NCBI GenBank assembly: GCA_963796055.1
Contig: CAWCKH010000004.1
Coordinates: 1,984,001-2,048,000, forward strand
DNA from: an uncultured delta proteobacterium
GTDB lineage: Bacteria > Myxococcota > Myxococcia > Myxococcales > Myxococcaceae
DNA: 64,000 nucleotides
Direction of reading: 5' to 3'
Made by a program: the position numbers and the translations under genes. Positions 43,188 through 51,780 of the stretch are shown piece after piece. Numbering within the stretch: the first letter of the stretch is position 1; every line of letters starts with the position of its first letter. Below the pieces are notes generated by a model. It was not told the origin of the DNA and searched no databases. It worked only from the letters and a program-made list of their open reading frames with translations.

Positions 43188-44054
43188 CTACCCGTACGCC
43201 TCGCGCTTGATCCGCGCCGGCGTGAAGCCGACCGCCTGCAGGTTCGCCACCGTCGACTCCAGGAAGCGGGGCGTGGGCGCGGTGCCCTCCTCGAGGGCCT
43301 TCTTCCGGTCCCACGAGGCGATGGCCGGGCCACAGAGGTAGGCGATGGCGGTGCCGGTGTCCGGGACGAGCTCGCGGAGCATCGGCGCCGTCACCCGGCC
43401 CTGGCGCACGTCGCCGGGAAGGCCAGAGATGTCGCTCTGCCGGGTGAGCGTGTGGACCAGCGTCAGCCGCTCGGGGAACTCGGCGGCGAGCCGCTGGAGC
43501 CCTTCGCGAAAGATGATGTCCTTCCAGGTCTTGTTGGTGTCGATGAAGGTGTGCCGGAGGCTGGGGTGGCTCCGGAGCGCGTCCTTCACGATGCTGTAGT
43601 TGGGAACCACCCCGGAGCCGGCCACTAGGTGGACGATGTGATCGGTGCGCTGCTCGATGTCCGGCGGCAAGGTGTAGGGGCCGGTGAAGCCGACCACCGG
43701 GAACCGGGTGCCCACCGGCGTGCCGTGGACCAGCAGTGGCGAGAGCAGCGGGGCGTGGAGGTCTCCCGACCGATACGGTTCCTCCTTGATGGTGATGGCC
43801 AGCGGCTCGTGGGGCGCCGAGGCCATCGAGTAGGCCCGGACCAGCTCCTTCTTGCCGCCCTTGAGGTGCTCGACGTAGGCCACCTGACCGGCGATGACCG
43901 CGAAGAAATGTGGGTCGATGGTGAGGAACTGCCCGGCGCGGTAGGGAGGAATCTCGGGTCCATCGAGGACCAGGGTCACGGTGTCCGCGGTCTCGCGGAT
44001 GACCTCGGTGACCACGACCTCGAAGGTCCTGGGCTTGATGCGTTCGGGCGGCAC
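43188..44054 (-). CDS. FAD/NAD(P)-binding oxidoreductase (ferredoxin reductase-like)
   Basis: AGQFL, RAYSMAS, AGSGVVP, YLCGP, EAYG C-terminus. Confidence 0.88.
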   Translation of the reverse strand: MPPERIKPRTFEVVVTEVIRETADTVTLVLDGPEIPPYRAGQFLTIDPHFFAVIAGQVAYVEHLKGGKKELVRAYSMASAPHEPLAITIKEEPYRSGDLHAPLLSPLLVHGTPVGTRFPVVGFTGPYTLPPDIEQRTDHIVHLVAGSGVVPNYSIVKDALRSHPSLRHTFIDTNKTWKDIIFREGLQRLAAEFPERLTLVHTLTRQSDISGLPGDVRQGRVTAPMLRELVPDTGTAIAYLCGPAIASWDRKKALEEGTAPTPRFLESTVANLQAVGFTPARIKREAYG

Positions 44055-44086
44055 GGGTGGATGTTCGCATAACGGAGCGGGCGCCA

Positions 44087-45226
44087 ATGGGCCAGCCGGG
44101 TGACGTGGAGCGGGTGTTCGTCCAGTGCCTGCCCGGGCTCGAGGAGGTGCTGGCCTCGGAGGCGGCCTCGCTGGGGCGGGTCCGACCCGTCGTCGGCGGG
44201 CTGGAGCTGGAGGGAGCGCCGGGGGTCCACGCCGATGCGGTCCTCGTCCTCCGGGTTGCCGAGCGCGTCCTGCTCCGGTTGCTGGAGTTTCGCGCCCGGC
44301 GCTGGGAGGCGGTCGAGGCAGCGCTCCGGGCGGCGGTCCTCGATGACGTCGTCGAAGCGGGGGGGCCGGTCGTCCTGGAGACGTCGATCCGGATGGCCGG
44401 GGCGCCGGCGCCGGGGGGACTCGCGCGGCTCCTCGCCCGGCTGTGGCATCGGCCGGTGGAGCAGGACCGCGGTGGCGACCGCGCGGGAGAGGCGACCCGG
44501 CTGGTGCTCCGGGTGGCGGAGGGGACTGCGTCGCTCTCCGCGGACGTGGGTGGCGCGCCGCTCCACCGTCGCGGGTGGCGCCAGGAGCTGTCGCGGGCCC
44601 CCTTGCGTGAGACGCTCGCCGCGGGTGTGCTGGCGCTGTCGGGGCACGCGCCGGAGCGTGCGCTGTGGGACCCGGTCTGCGGGTCCGGCACGCTGATCAT
44701 CGAGGGGGCGCTCGTCGGCCGTTCGGTGGCTCCGGGGCTCGGCCGGAGCTTCACCGCGGAGGCCTGGCCGTCCGCGGCGCGCGCGGACTGGGCGCTGCGG
44801 CGGGAACGGCTTCGCGCGTCGGTGCGGTCGCACGCGCCGGCACCCATCGTCGGAAGTGATCTGAATGCAGGCGCGCTGGGGACGGCGCGACGCAATGCGC
44901 GGCGTGCCGGCGTGCTGGACGACCTCCGTCTCGAGCGGCTCGACGTGGCTCGGGCTACACCGGGGCCGCTCCTGCCGGGGCTGATGGTCGGGAATCTTCC
45001 GTATGGGCTGCGGGTGGGTGCCCGCGAGGGGCTCGAGGCCTTCGATGCAGGGCTGGGGAGGACACTCACCGGCCCGTTCCGGGCCTGGCGCCGGGGGCTG
45101 CTCGTGGACGACCCAGCCCGCCTCGTGCGCGCCGGTGGCCGACCGCCCGACCGCGTTCACCGCCTGGTCAACGGCGGTATCCCCGTCGTTCTCGGGACGT
45201 GGGAGCCGGACGGCAGAGGTGTTTGA
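44087..45226 (+). CDS. RlmL/K-like RNA methyltransferase
   Basis: LHRRGWR, APLRETLAA, DPVCGSGT, NLPYG. Confidence 0.85.
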   Translation: MGQPGDVERVFVQCLPGLEEVLASEAASLGRVRPVVGGLELEGAPGVHADAVLVLRVAERVLLRLLEFRARRWEAVEAALRAAVLDDVVEAGGPVVLETSIRMAGAPAPGGLARLLARLWHRPVEQDRGGDRAGEATRLVLRVAEGTASLSADVGGAPLHRRGWRQELSRAPLRETLAAGVLALSGHAPERALWDPVCGSGTLIIEGALVGRSVAPGLGRSFTAEAWPSAARADWALRRERLRASVRSHAPAPIVGSDLNAGALGTARRNARRAGVLDDLRLERLDVARATPGPLLPGLMVGNLPYGLRVGAREGLEAFDAGLGRTLTGPFRAWRRGLLVDDPARLVRAGGRPPDRVHRLVNGGIPVVLGTWEPDGRGV

Positions 45227-45244
45227 CACCTCGGCCGACACCTC
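45214..45244 (-). repeat. REP-like copy 5 (inverted) plus half-site; overlaps the methyltransferase stop codon
   Basis: CAGAGGTGTTTGACACCTC-GGCC-GACACCTC. Confidence 0.9.
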
Positions 45245-45300
45245 GGCCGGGCACCTCGGTTCGGACGGAGGGTCCAGGCTCGCGGACGGGGGGCGCTGGA

Positions 45301-47730
45301 TCAGTCGAGAGCGGAGGCGGGCGCGGGCACGCCGCCCGCCCCCGCGCGCCACGGACTCCAGGCGAGGAGCAGGTTGCCGACCGCGATGTCCGACTTGCGC
45401 GGCGGGATGGTGAACTCCACCACCGCCAGGGCATCGGACGCCGCCGCCGCCTGGAGCTTCTCCGTCTCCTCCTGGAACTCCGCCTCGGCATCGGCGAGCT
45501 GCTTCCTCGCCGTCTCCAGTTGCTGCGTCGCCGTGCCCACGTCCTGACGCTCCTTCACCGTGCGGCTCCCGCTCCGGAGCGCCGTCCGTGCCCGGTTGAG
45601 GGTGGTCACGCTGACGGCCTTGCGGCCGAGAAAGGCGCCGAGCAAGGTCGTGCCGACCGTCACCACGGTGTCCAGCGTCTGGCCCGAGGCCTGGGCCTGC
45701 TGGTCCGCCAGCGTCTTCTGCGCCCGTTGCACGGCGGTCTGGAGCGTCTGCAGCTTGGGGGCCCAGCGTTTGCGGAGGGAGTCGACGTCCGCGTCGCGTT
45801 GCTCCCGGCCGGAGTGGACCAGGCGAGCCTTGAACACGGCCAGCGATTCGCCCGGCGTCGACACCTCGTCCAGCGCGTCGCACCGGAACAGCTTCAGCGG
45901 TCGAGACTGGTAGAGCGCGGCGGCGAGCGACCTCTTCCACTCCGACCAGGCGCCCGCATTGGTGACCGCGGCCGGAGCCTCCTCGAACGTGGCTCCGTCG
46001 GAGGGCGCGCTTCCCACCCGCGAACCGGCGTCTCCGGGAAGCTCCTGCGCCTCCTCCCACCGGACCTGGGTTCCGTCGACCGGAGCGAGCAGCGCCACGG
46101 ACTCCCAGGCGTCCACCGCGGACTTCTTGTCCACGTAGTGCAGCCGCGCCTGGCCGAGGACTGCCGGCCGATAGCTCAACGCGCCCGAGCCGGGGGCGGC
46201 CGGGAGGAACGCCTCGGACACCCCGGGGGGAAGCACGGGCCTGCGTGCGCCGCCGCTCACTCCGGCTCGTCCTGGTTTCTCCGGAGCGGTCGCCGGGGCT
46301 TCGGCCGTCGCCGTGTTGCCCCGCTGTCCCGCGAGCATCTTGATCTGCTCCTTGTCGAGCGGACCTCGGAGGTACGAGAGCGTCCAGCGCGTCTGGAACA
46401 GCTCGGGCACGTCCTCGTGCACGTCGTTCAGCAGGAACACCCGTGAGCCGAGCTCGGAGAGTAGCCGATCCATTTCCTGCCGATTGAAGGCGTGGCTCGC
46501 CGCGTCCATCGCGCCCTGGAGGCCGTCCAGAACCCGCAGCTTGTCTCGCTCGGTCTGCAGCCGCCCGATGAACCAGGTCCCAGCGTTGGCCAGACCCTTG
46601 TAGTCGAGGTCCACGGGGTTCTGCGTGGCGAGCAGCACGCCCAGCCCGAACGCTCGCGCCTGCTTGAGGAGGGTGAGCATCGGCAGCTTGGAGGGCGGCG
46701 CGGCGCTCGGCGGGAAGTAGCCGAAGATCTCGTCCATGTAGAGCAGAGCCCGGAGCGAGCTGGTGCCAGACTGGGTGCGCATCCACGCCAGCACCTCGCT
46801 CAGGAGCGTGGTGACGAAGAACATCCGCTGCGCGTCCGAGAGGTGGGCGATGGAGAGCACCGCGATGCGCGGTTTGCCGGTCGGCGTCCAGAGCAGCTTC
46901 TGGATGTCGAGCGGCTCCCCGTCGGCCCAGGCAGCGGCCCCCGGCGAGGCGAGCACGTTGTTCAGTGCCAGGGCGAGCCCGGCGCGGTCCTTGGCCGGGT
47001 AGAACGACTCGAGGTCGAGCACGCCCACCTTGTCGAAGGGAGGCCGCTGGACGCCCTGGATGAGCCCCGCGAGGTCCAGGTCATGTCCAGCGGACCATGC
47101 CCGCTGCACCAGCTGGGAGAGGAGGATGTGCTCACGGCCCTGCATCGGGTCCGAGTCGATGCCTGCCAGCGCCAGCAGGCCGGAGACTGCTCCCTGGACC
47201 CGGGCCCGGAGCGCCTCGTCGTCCTCGAGCACCACCTGGGGTGGTGCAGTGAACGCCCGCAGGAGCGCGAGTGGTCGACCCGCCCTGCTCGCCGGGGTGT
47301 AGATGGCGACCTCGCAGGACTCGCGGAAGCGGGCGATGCGCGCGCCGTCCTGCTCCCAGTCCCCGAGACCTTGCTTCCAGGTGGCAGCGGTCTTCTCCGC
47401 GAGCTGCTGGGGAGACAGGCCCTGCTTGGTGGCCTCGTCCGGGTCCACCCAGGGGAGGAAGTCCGCCGGCGCCAGCGAGGGGAAGGTCAGGGCCAGGTTC
47501 GCCAGGTCCCCCTTCGGATCGATGGCCAGGGCGGGGATGCCATCGATGGCGGCTTCCTCGAGAAGGCCAATGCAGAGGCCGGTCTTGCCGCTACCGGTCA
47601 TCCCGACGCAGACCCCATGGGTGGTCAGGTCCCTGGCGTCGTAGAGCAGGAGCTCGCGTTGCGTCTTCCGGGTCTTCGGATCCCAGCGTCGCCCCAGGTA
47701 GAAGACCCCCAGCTTCTCGTAATCCTGCAT
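45301..47730 (-). CDS. HerA/FtsK-like P-loop ATPase (DUF87/DUF853 type)
   Basis: GMTGSGKT, IDPKGD, YMDE, KQARAFG, ATQNPVD; coiled-coil C-terminus. Confidence 0.88.
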   Translation of the reverse strand: MQDYEKLGVFYLGRRWDPKTRKTQRELLLYDARDLTTHGVCVGMTGSGKTGLCIGLLEEAAIDGIPALAIDPKGDLANLALTFPSLAPADFLPWVDPDEATKQGLSPQQLAEKTAATWKQGLGDWEQDGARIARFRESCEVAIYTPASRAGRPLALLRAFTAPPQVVLEDDEALRARVQGAVSGLLALAGIDSDPMQGREHILLSQLVQRAWSAGHDLDLAGLIQGVQRPPFDKVGVLDLESFYPAKDRAGLALALNNVLASPGAAAWADGEPLDIQKLLWTPTGKPRIAVLSIAHLSDAQRMFFVTTLLSEVLAWMRTQSGTSSLRALLYMDEIFGYFPPSAAPPSKLPMLTLLKQARAFGLGVLLATQNPVDLDYKGLANAGTWFIGRLQTERDKLRVLDGLQGAMDAASHAFNRQEMDRLLSELGSRVFLLNDVHEDVPELFQTRWTLSYLRGPLDKEQIKMLAGQRGNTATAEAPATAPEKPGRAGVSGGARRPVLPPGVSEAFLPAAPGSGALSYRPAVLGQARLHYVDKKSAVDAWESVALLAPVDGTQVRWEEAQELPGDAGSRVGSAPSDGATFEEAPAAVTNAGAWSEWKRSLAAALYQSRPLKLFRCDALDEVSTPGESLAVFKARLVHSGREQRDADVDSLRKRWAPKLQTLQTAVQRAQKTLADQQAQASGQTLDTVVTVGTTLLGAFLGRKAVSVTTLNRARTALRSGSRTVKERQDVGTATQQLETARKQLADAEAEFQEETEKLQAAAASDALAVVEFTIPPRKSDIAVGNLLLAWSPWRAGAGGVPAPASALD

Positions 47731-47804
47731 CGGACCTCCTCGGTGTCGACAGCGGGCGCACTCCAGTGCAGGCCCGGGGGTCGGAGCAATGGTAAGGAGC
47801 GGCC

Positions 47805-49211
47805 ATGGCCACCGAACAAGCGCTGAAGCACTTTGCCAGCCACCGCGACGCCTACCTCGACGATCTCAGGAAGCTGGTCCGTATCCCCTCGGTGTCGTTT
47901 CCGGGGTTCGACCCGGGAAAGGTCCGGGCGAGCGCCGAGGCCACGGCCAGCCTGCTGCGCGAGCGTGGCTTCGCGAACGTCAAGCTGCTCGAGGTGGAGG
48001 GTGCGCACCCGTACGTCTTCGGCGAGATCCTCGAGGCTCCAGGCAAGCCGACGCTGCTGCTCTACGCCCACCACGACGTTCAGCCGGCGGGCGACGAGGA
48101 GGCGTGGGCCAGCCCGCCCTTCGAGCCGACCGAGCGAAAGGGCCCACCCGACGACAGCCGGCGGCTCTACGGGCGCGGCGCGGCGGACGACAAGGCGGGC
48201 ATCGTGGTCCACACCTCCGCGGTGGAATCGTGGCGGAAGGGCGGGGGCGGACTGCCGCTCAACGTGAAGATCGTCGTGGAGGGAGAGGAGGAGGTCGGGT
48301 CGGGACACCTCACCGCCTTTCTGAAGAAGAACGCGAAGCTGCTCAAGGCGGACGCCATCGTCCTCACCGACACGAGCAACTTCGAGACCGGGCTGCCCTC
48401 CATCACCACTGCACTCCGCGGCATCGTGGTGGTCAGCGTCGAGGTCCGAGCGCTGAAGCAGTCGGTGCACTCGGGAATGTGGGGCGGCCCGGTGCCGGAC
48501 CCGGTGATGGGGTTGTGCCGGATGCTGGCCTCGCTCACCAACCCCGATGGCTCGATCGCCATCCCCGGCATCCTGGAGCAGGTGAAGCCTCTGACCGAGA
48601 GCGAGCGGAAGAGCATTGCCGCGCTTCCCGGTGACGAGGCGCACTTCCGCAAGCAGGTGGGCCTGTTGCCCGGGGTGGAGCTGCTCGGGCACGGGATGCA
48701 CCCCTGGGAGATGAACTGGCGACATCCGTCCATCGCCATCAACGCTTTTCAGGCCAGCAGCCGGAAGGATGCTCGAAACATCATCTGCGACTCGGCCTGG
48801 GCGCGGCTCGGGGTGCGGCTCGTGCCCAACCTCGACCCGAAGGACGTTCAGAAGCGCCTCACGGAGGCGCTGAAGAAGGTTGCGCCTTGGGGACTCGAGG
48901 TCGAGGTGCACGCCGACGATGCCGCCGGCTGGTGGTACACCGACTCGAGCCATCCGGCGTTCCAGGCGGCATTCCGGGCGCTGAAGAAGGGCTACGGGGC
49001 CGACCCGGTCACGATCGGTTGTGGGGGCAGCATTCCCTTTGTCGAGCCGTTCGCCCGCGAGCTGGGCGGCGTGCCGGCGCTGCTCATCGGCGTGGAGGAC
49101 CCCTACACCAACGCCCATTCCGAGAATGAGAGCTTGCACCTCGGGGACTGGGAAAAGGCCGTGAGGAGCGCCATCCATCTCTACGACGAGATCGGCGGCG
49201 CCCTGTCGTAG
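47805..49211 (+). CDS. M20 family metallo-dipeptidase
   Basis: [31 protein letters not shown]. Confidence 0.93.
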   Translation: MATEQALKHFASHRDAYLDDLRKLVRIPSVSFPGFDPGKVRASAEATASLLRERGFANVKLLEVEGAHPYVFGEILEAPGKPTLLLYAHHDVQPAGDEEAWASPPFEPTERKGPPDDSRRLYGRGAADDKAGIVVHTSAVESWRKGGGGLPLNVKIVVEGEEEVGSGHLTAFLKKNAKLLKADAIVLTDTSNFETGLPSITTALRGIVVVSVEVRALKQSVHSGMWGGPVPDPVMGLCRMLASLTNPDGSIAIPGILEQVKPLTESERKSIAALPGDEAHFRKQVGLLPGVELLGHGMHPWEMNWRHPSIAINAFQASSRKDARNIICDSAWARLGVRLVPNLDPKDVQKRLTEALKKVAPWGLEVEVHADDAAGWWYTDSSHPAFQAAFRALKKGYGADPVTIGCGGSIPFVEPFARELGGVPALLIGVEDPYTNAHSENESLHLGDWEKAVRSAIHLYDEIGGALS

Positions 49212-49212
49212 G

Positions 49213-49230
49213 GGTGTCAAACACCTCTGT
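49213..49230 (+). repeat. REP-like copy 6, upstream of the RAYT gene
   Basis: GGTGTCAAACACCTCTGT immediately after the dipeptidase stop. Confidence 0.9.
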
Positions 49231-49297
49231 CCGCTGCCCCGGGGCCCGCGTTGGCGCGATCCCTGCTTGAGCCCTCCAGAAAGAGGGGGGTTCAACA

Positions 49298-50218
49298 TTG
49301 GGCTGGCCAATTCGAATGTTCGTTCCGGGGGATGTCTATCTCGCCACCCTACGCTGCCTTCACGGCCGCTACCTGCTCCGTCCGTCGGAGCAGACGAACG
49401 AAGTCCTAGGCGGTGTACTGGCAAGGGCGGCCCGGCTGACCGGGGTCGAGGTCTTCGCCTTCGCGTTCGCCTCCAACCATGTGCACCTTCTGGTTCGAGC
49501 TCCTCGCGGGAACCTTCCTCGCTTCATGCAGCACCTGTCGGCCAACATCTCGAAGAAGGTCGGTTTCCTCACGGGCTGGCGCGGGCCCTTCTGGGAGCGA
49601 AGGTACTCGGCGCAGCCGGTTCTGGACGAAGCGGCGCTCCTCGACCGGCTCCGGTATGTCCTGGCGCACGGCCCGAAGGAGGGACTCGTCCGGAAATGTT
49701 CGGAATGGCCAGGGCTGAGCTGTCTCAAACCCTTGCTCGATCGCAAGCCCCGGAAGTTCCGCTGGTACGACTGGACCCGTCGGTCGAGTAGTCGCGACCT
49801 CAGGAAGAAGTCCCGATTCGACGATTGCTGGGCCGAGCCCGAGGAACTGGTGCTCACGCCTCTACCGATCGCCGCGCTACGCACCCGAGGCGCAGTCGGA
49901 CGCTTCCTCCGGCGAACGACGGACTCCATCGAGAGGGAGGCAGCTGGCATGTACCAGCGTGTGCTCGGCGTGGACGGAGTATTGCGGCAGGACCCACAGC
50001 ACAGGCCCGCTCGTCTAGAGCGCAAACCGCGTCCGCTCTGCCACACGACGATTCCGGCACTTCGGGAGGAGTTTCGAGAACGCTATCGCGGCTTCGTCGC
50101 TGCATTCCGCGAGGCTTCCCGGCGCTGGAAGGCAGGCGACTTCCACGCGCAGTTCCCCGAGCGAGCTTTCCGCCCTTTCATTTGGCCCACGTCGCCCCCC
50201 GTCGAACTCGCAGCCTGA
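49298..50218 (+). CDS. REP-associated tyrosine transposase (RAYT; HUH/Y1, IS200-like fold)
   Basis: N-terminal T-x-R, SNHVHLLV (HUH), FMQ, FWERRY, RYVLAHG (candidate catalytic Tyr), EGLV..W. Confidence 0.88.
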   Translation: MGWPIRMFVPGDVYLATLRCLHGRYLLRPSEQTNEVLGGVLARAARLTGVEVFAFAFASNHVHLLVRAPRGNLPRFMQHLSANISKKVGFLTGWRGPFWERRYSAQPVLDEAALLDRLRYVLAHGPKEGLVRKCSEWPGLSCLKPLLDRKPRKFRWYDWTRRSSSRDLRKKSRFDDCWAEPEELVLTPLPIAALRTRGAVGRFLRRTTDSIEREAAGMYQRVLGVDGVLRQDPQHRPARLERKPRPLCHTTIPALREEFRERYRGFVAAFREASRRWKAGDFHAQFPERAFRPFIWPTSPPVELAA

Positions 50219-50223
50219 GGGGG

Positions 50224-51345
50224 TCAACCCGAGTGCGAATGGATGGGCCCGCGGCGTAGCCGCAAGCTCTGTGCGTCGGTTCCGTTGAAGCGGGCCTGGA
50301 TCTCCGAGAGGATCGAGAGCGCGATCTCCTCCGGTTGCTCGGCTCCGAGGTTTAGCCCTACCGGGCTGTAGACAGTCGCTCGTTGCTCATCGGTTGGCGA
50401 GAAGCCGCCTTCGCGCAGCTCGTCGAGGAGCCGCTCCGTTCGTGCGCGCGGACCGAGCACGCCCACATAGGAGCAGCCGGATTCGAGCGCAAATCGCAAG
50501 TATCCTCGGTCGTGCCCGAGGTTGTGCGTCATCACTACGATGGCGGAACCAGGCTCGAGTGCGAGCTTCTCGGCGATCGCGGCAGGACCGGCCGTGAGCT
50601 GGACGTTGGCCTCGCGGAAGAGCTCCGCCGGAACACCGGCAGAGGTGTTTGACACCACCGTGACGTGGAAGCCGACTGTCGCGGCCAGCCGAACCAGCGG
50701 AACCGCGTCCTGGCCCGTGCCGAACACCACCAGGGACCGGGGTGGCCGGATGACCTCCAGCAGCACCTCGACCGCCCCCTCCTCGGTTTCGATCCGGCCG
50801 ACCCGGGTCGTTCCCGCGCCGAGCGCCGCCTCCGCCGCTGCCAGAATCCGATCGCGCGCCGGGCCGGCCGGCAGATCGGACCGGGTCCACCCTGCATCCT
50901 TCAGCACTCGCTGCCCCACACGGGCCCCCGCCTCGTCGCGGAACACCGTCGCCATCACCCCCGTCCGGCGCGCGGCGAGACATCCCGCGATGAACTCGAT
51001 CGGGTGAATCTCGCCTCCCGTGGTGAGCCGCTCCAGAAGCACCTCCACCCGTCCGTTGCACCCCAGACCGAACGTCCAGGTGTCCTCGTCGTCCGCCGAC
51101 GTCGAGTCGTAGGTGACGACCACCGGCCCCTCACGGGTACGCCACCACGCCTTCTGCAGCACGTCGCGCTCCAGACAGCCCCCGCTGATCCCGCCCGCGA
51201 CCCAGCGCTCGGCCGAAAGGAGCAGCCGCGCCCCTGGCCGTCGGTAGGTCGAGCCACTGGTCGCGACCACCGTGGCCAGCACGACCGGCTGCCCGCCCCC
51301 CCGGAACTCGCTCCAGCCCCGCACGATGTCCTGCAGCTCTCTCAC
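50224..51345 (-). CDS. XdhC/CoxI-family Mo-cofactor insertion chaperone
   Basis: GSTYRRPGA, SGGCLE, GCNG, VMTHN, YVGVLGP, PVGLNLGA..PEEIALSI. Confidence 0.9.
   Translation of the reverse strand: MRELQDIVRGWSEFRGGGQPVVLATVVATSGSTYRRPGARLLLSAERWVAGGISGGCLERDVLQKAWWRTREGPVVVTYDSTSADDEDTWTFGLGCNGRVEVLLERLTTGGEIHPIEFIAGCLAARRTGVMATVFRDEAGARVGQRVLKDAGWTRSDLPAGPARDRILAAAEAALGAGTTRVGRIETEEGAVEVLLEVIRPPRSLVVFGTGQDAVPLVRLAATVGFHVTVVSNTSAGVPAELFREANVQLTAGPAAIAEKLALEPGSAIVVMTHNLGHDRGYLRFALESGCSYVGVLGPRARTERLLDELREGGFSPTDEQRATVYSPVGLNLGAEQPEEIALSILSEIQARFNGTDAQSLRLRRGPIHSHSG
50640..50656 (-). repeat. REP-like copy 7, inside the xdhC coding sequence
   Basis: CAGAGGTGTTTGACACC, exact reverse complement of the 17-bp core. 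Confidence 0.85.
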
Positions 51346-51778
51346 GTCCCGGCCGCCCCCAGCGCCAGCCAGCCGCCCCATCCCAGAAGGCCCACGCCGC
51401 AGAACCGCCCCAGCATCACCGCCGCGGACGGCGGAGCGACCCGCTCGAGGACCAGAAACCCGGTGAGCAGGACCATCGCCACCACGTTCATCGCTCCGAC
51501 CACCAGAAGTGTCAGCATCAGCGCTCCGCAGGACAGCGCCGAGACCACCCCGTGCCGGAGCCCGGCGCGAACCGGGTGGACCGCACCCGCCCCGACCTCC
51601 CGGGACGGGCTCCGGCAAGGCTCCAGGCAGACCCTCTTCCAGGGCGAAAGTTGCACCAGCGCGGCGGCCGCCAGGTGCAACGCCAGGCCCATCCGAGCCC
51701 GGTCGGCCCGGCGAGACCCACCAGGAGCGCCCAGGCCGGACGCCACCCGGAGGGTGCGATGGGGCAGAGGGCGGTCAT
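51342..51778 (-). pseudogene. Truncated/frameshifted DUF2182-like metal-binding membrane protein
   Basis: QLSPWKRVCLEPCRSP, GLRHG, LMLTLLVVGAMN; only the C-terminal half is present and the ATG at 51778 is out of frame. Confidence 0.6.
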
Positions 51779-51780
51779 CC

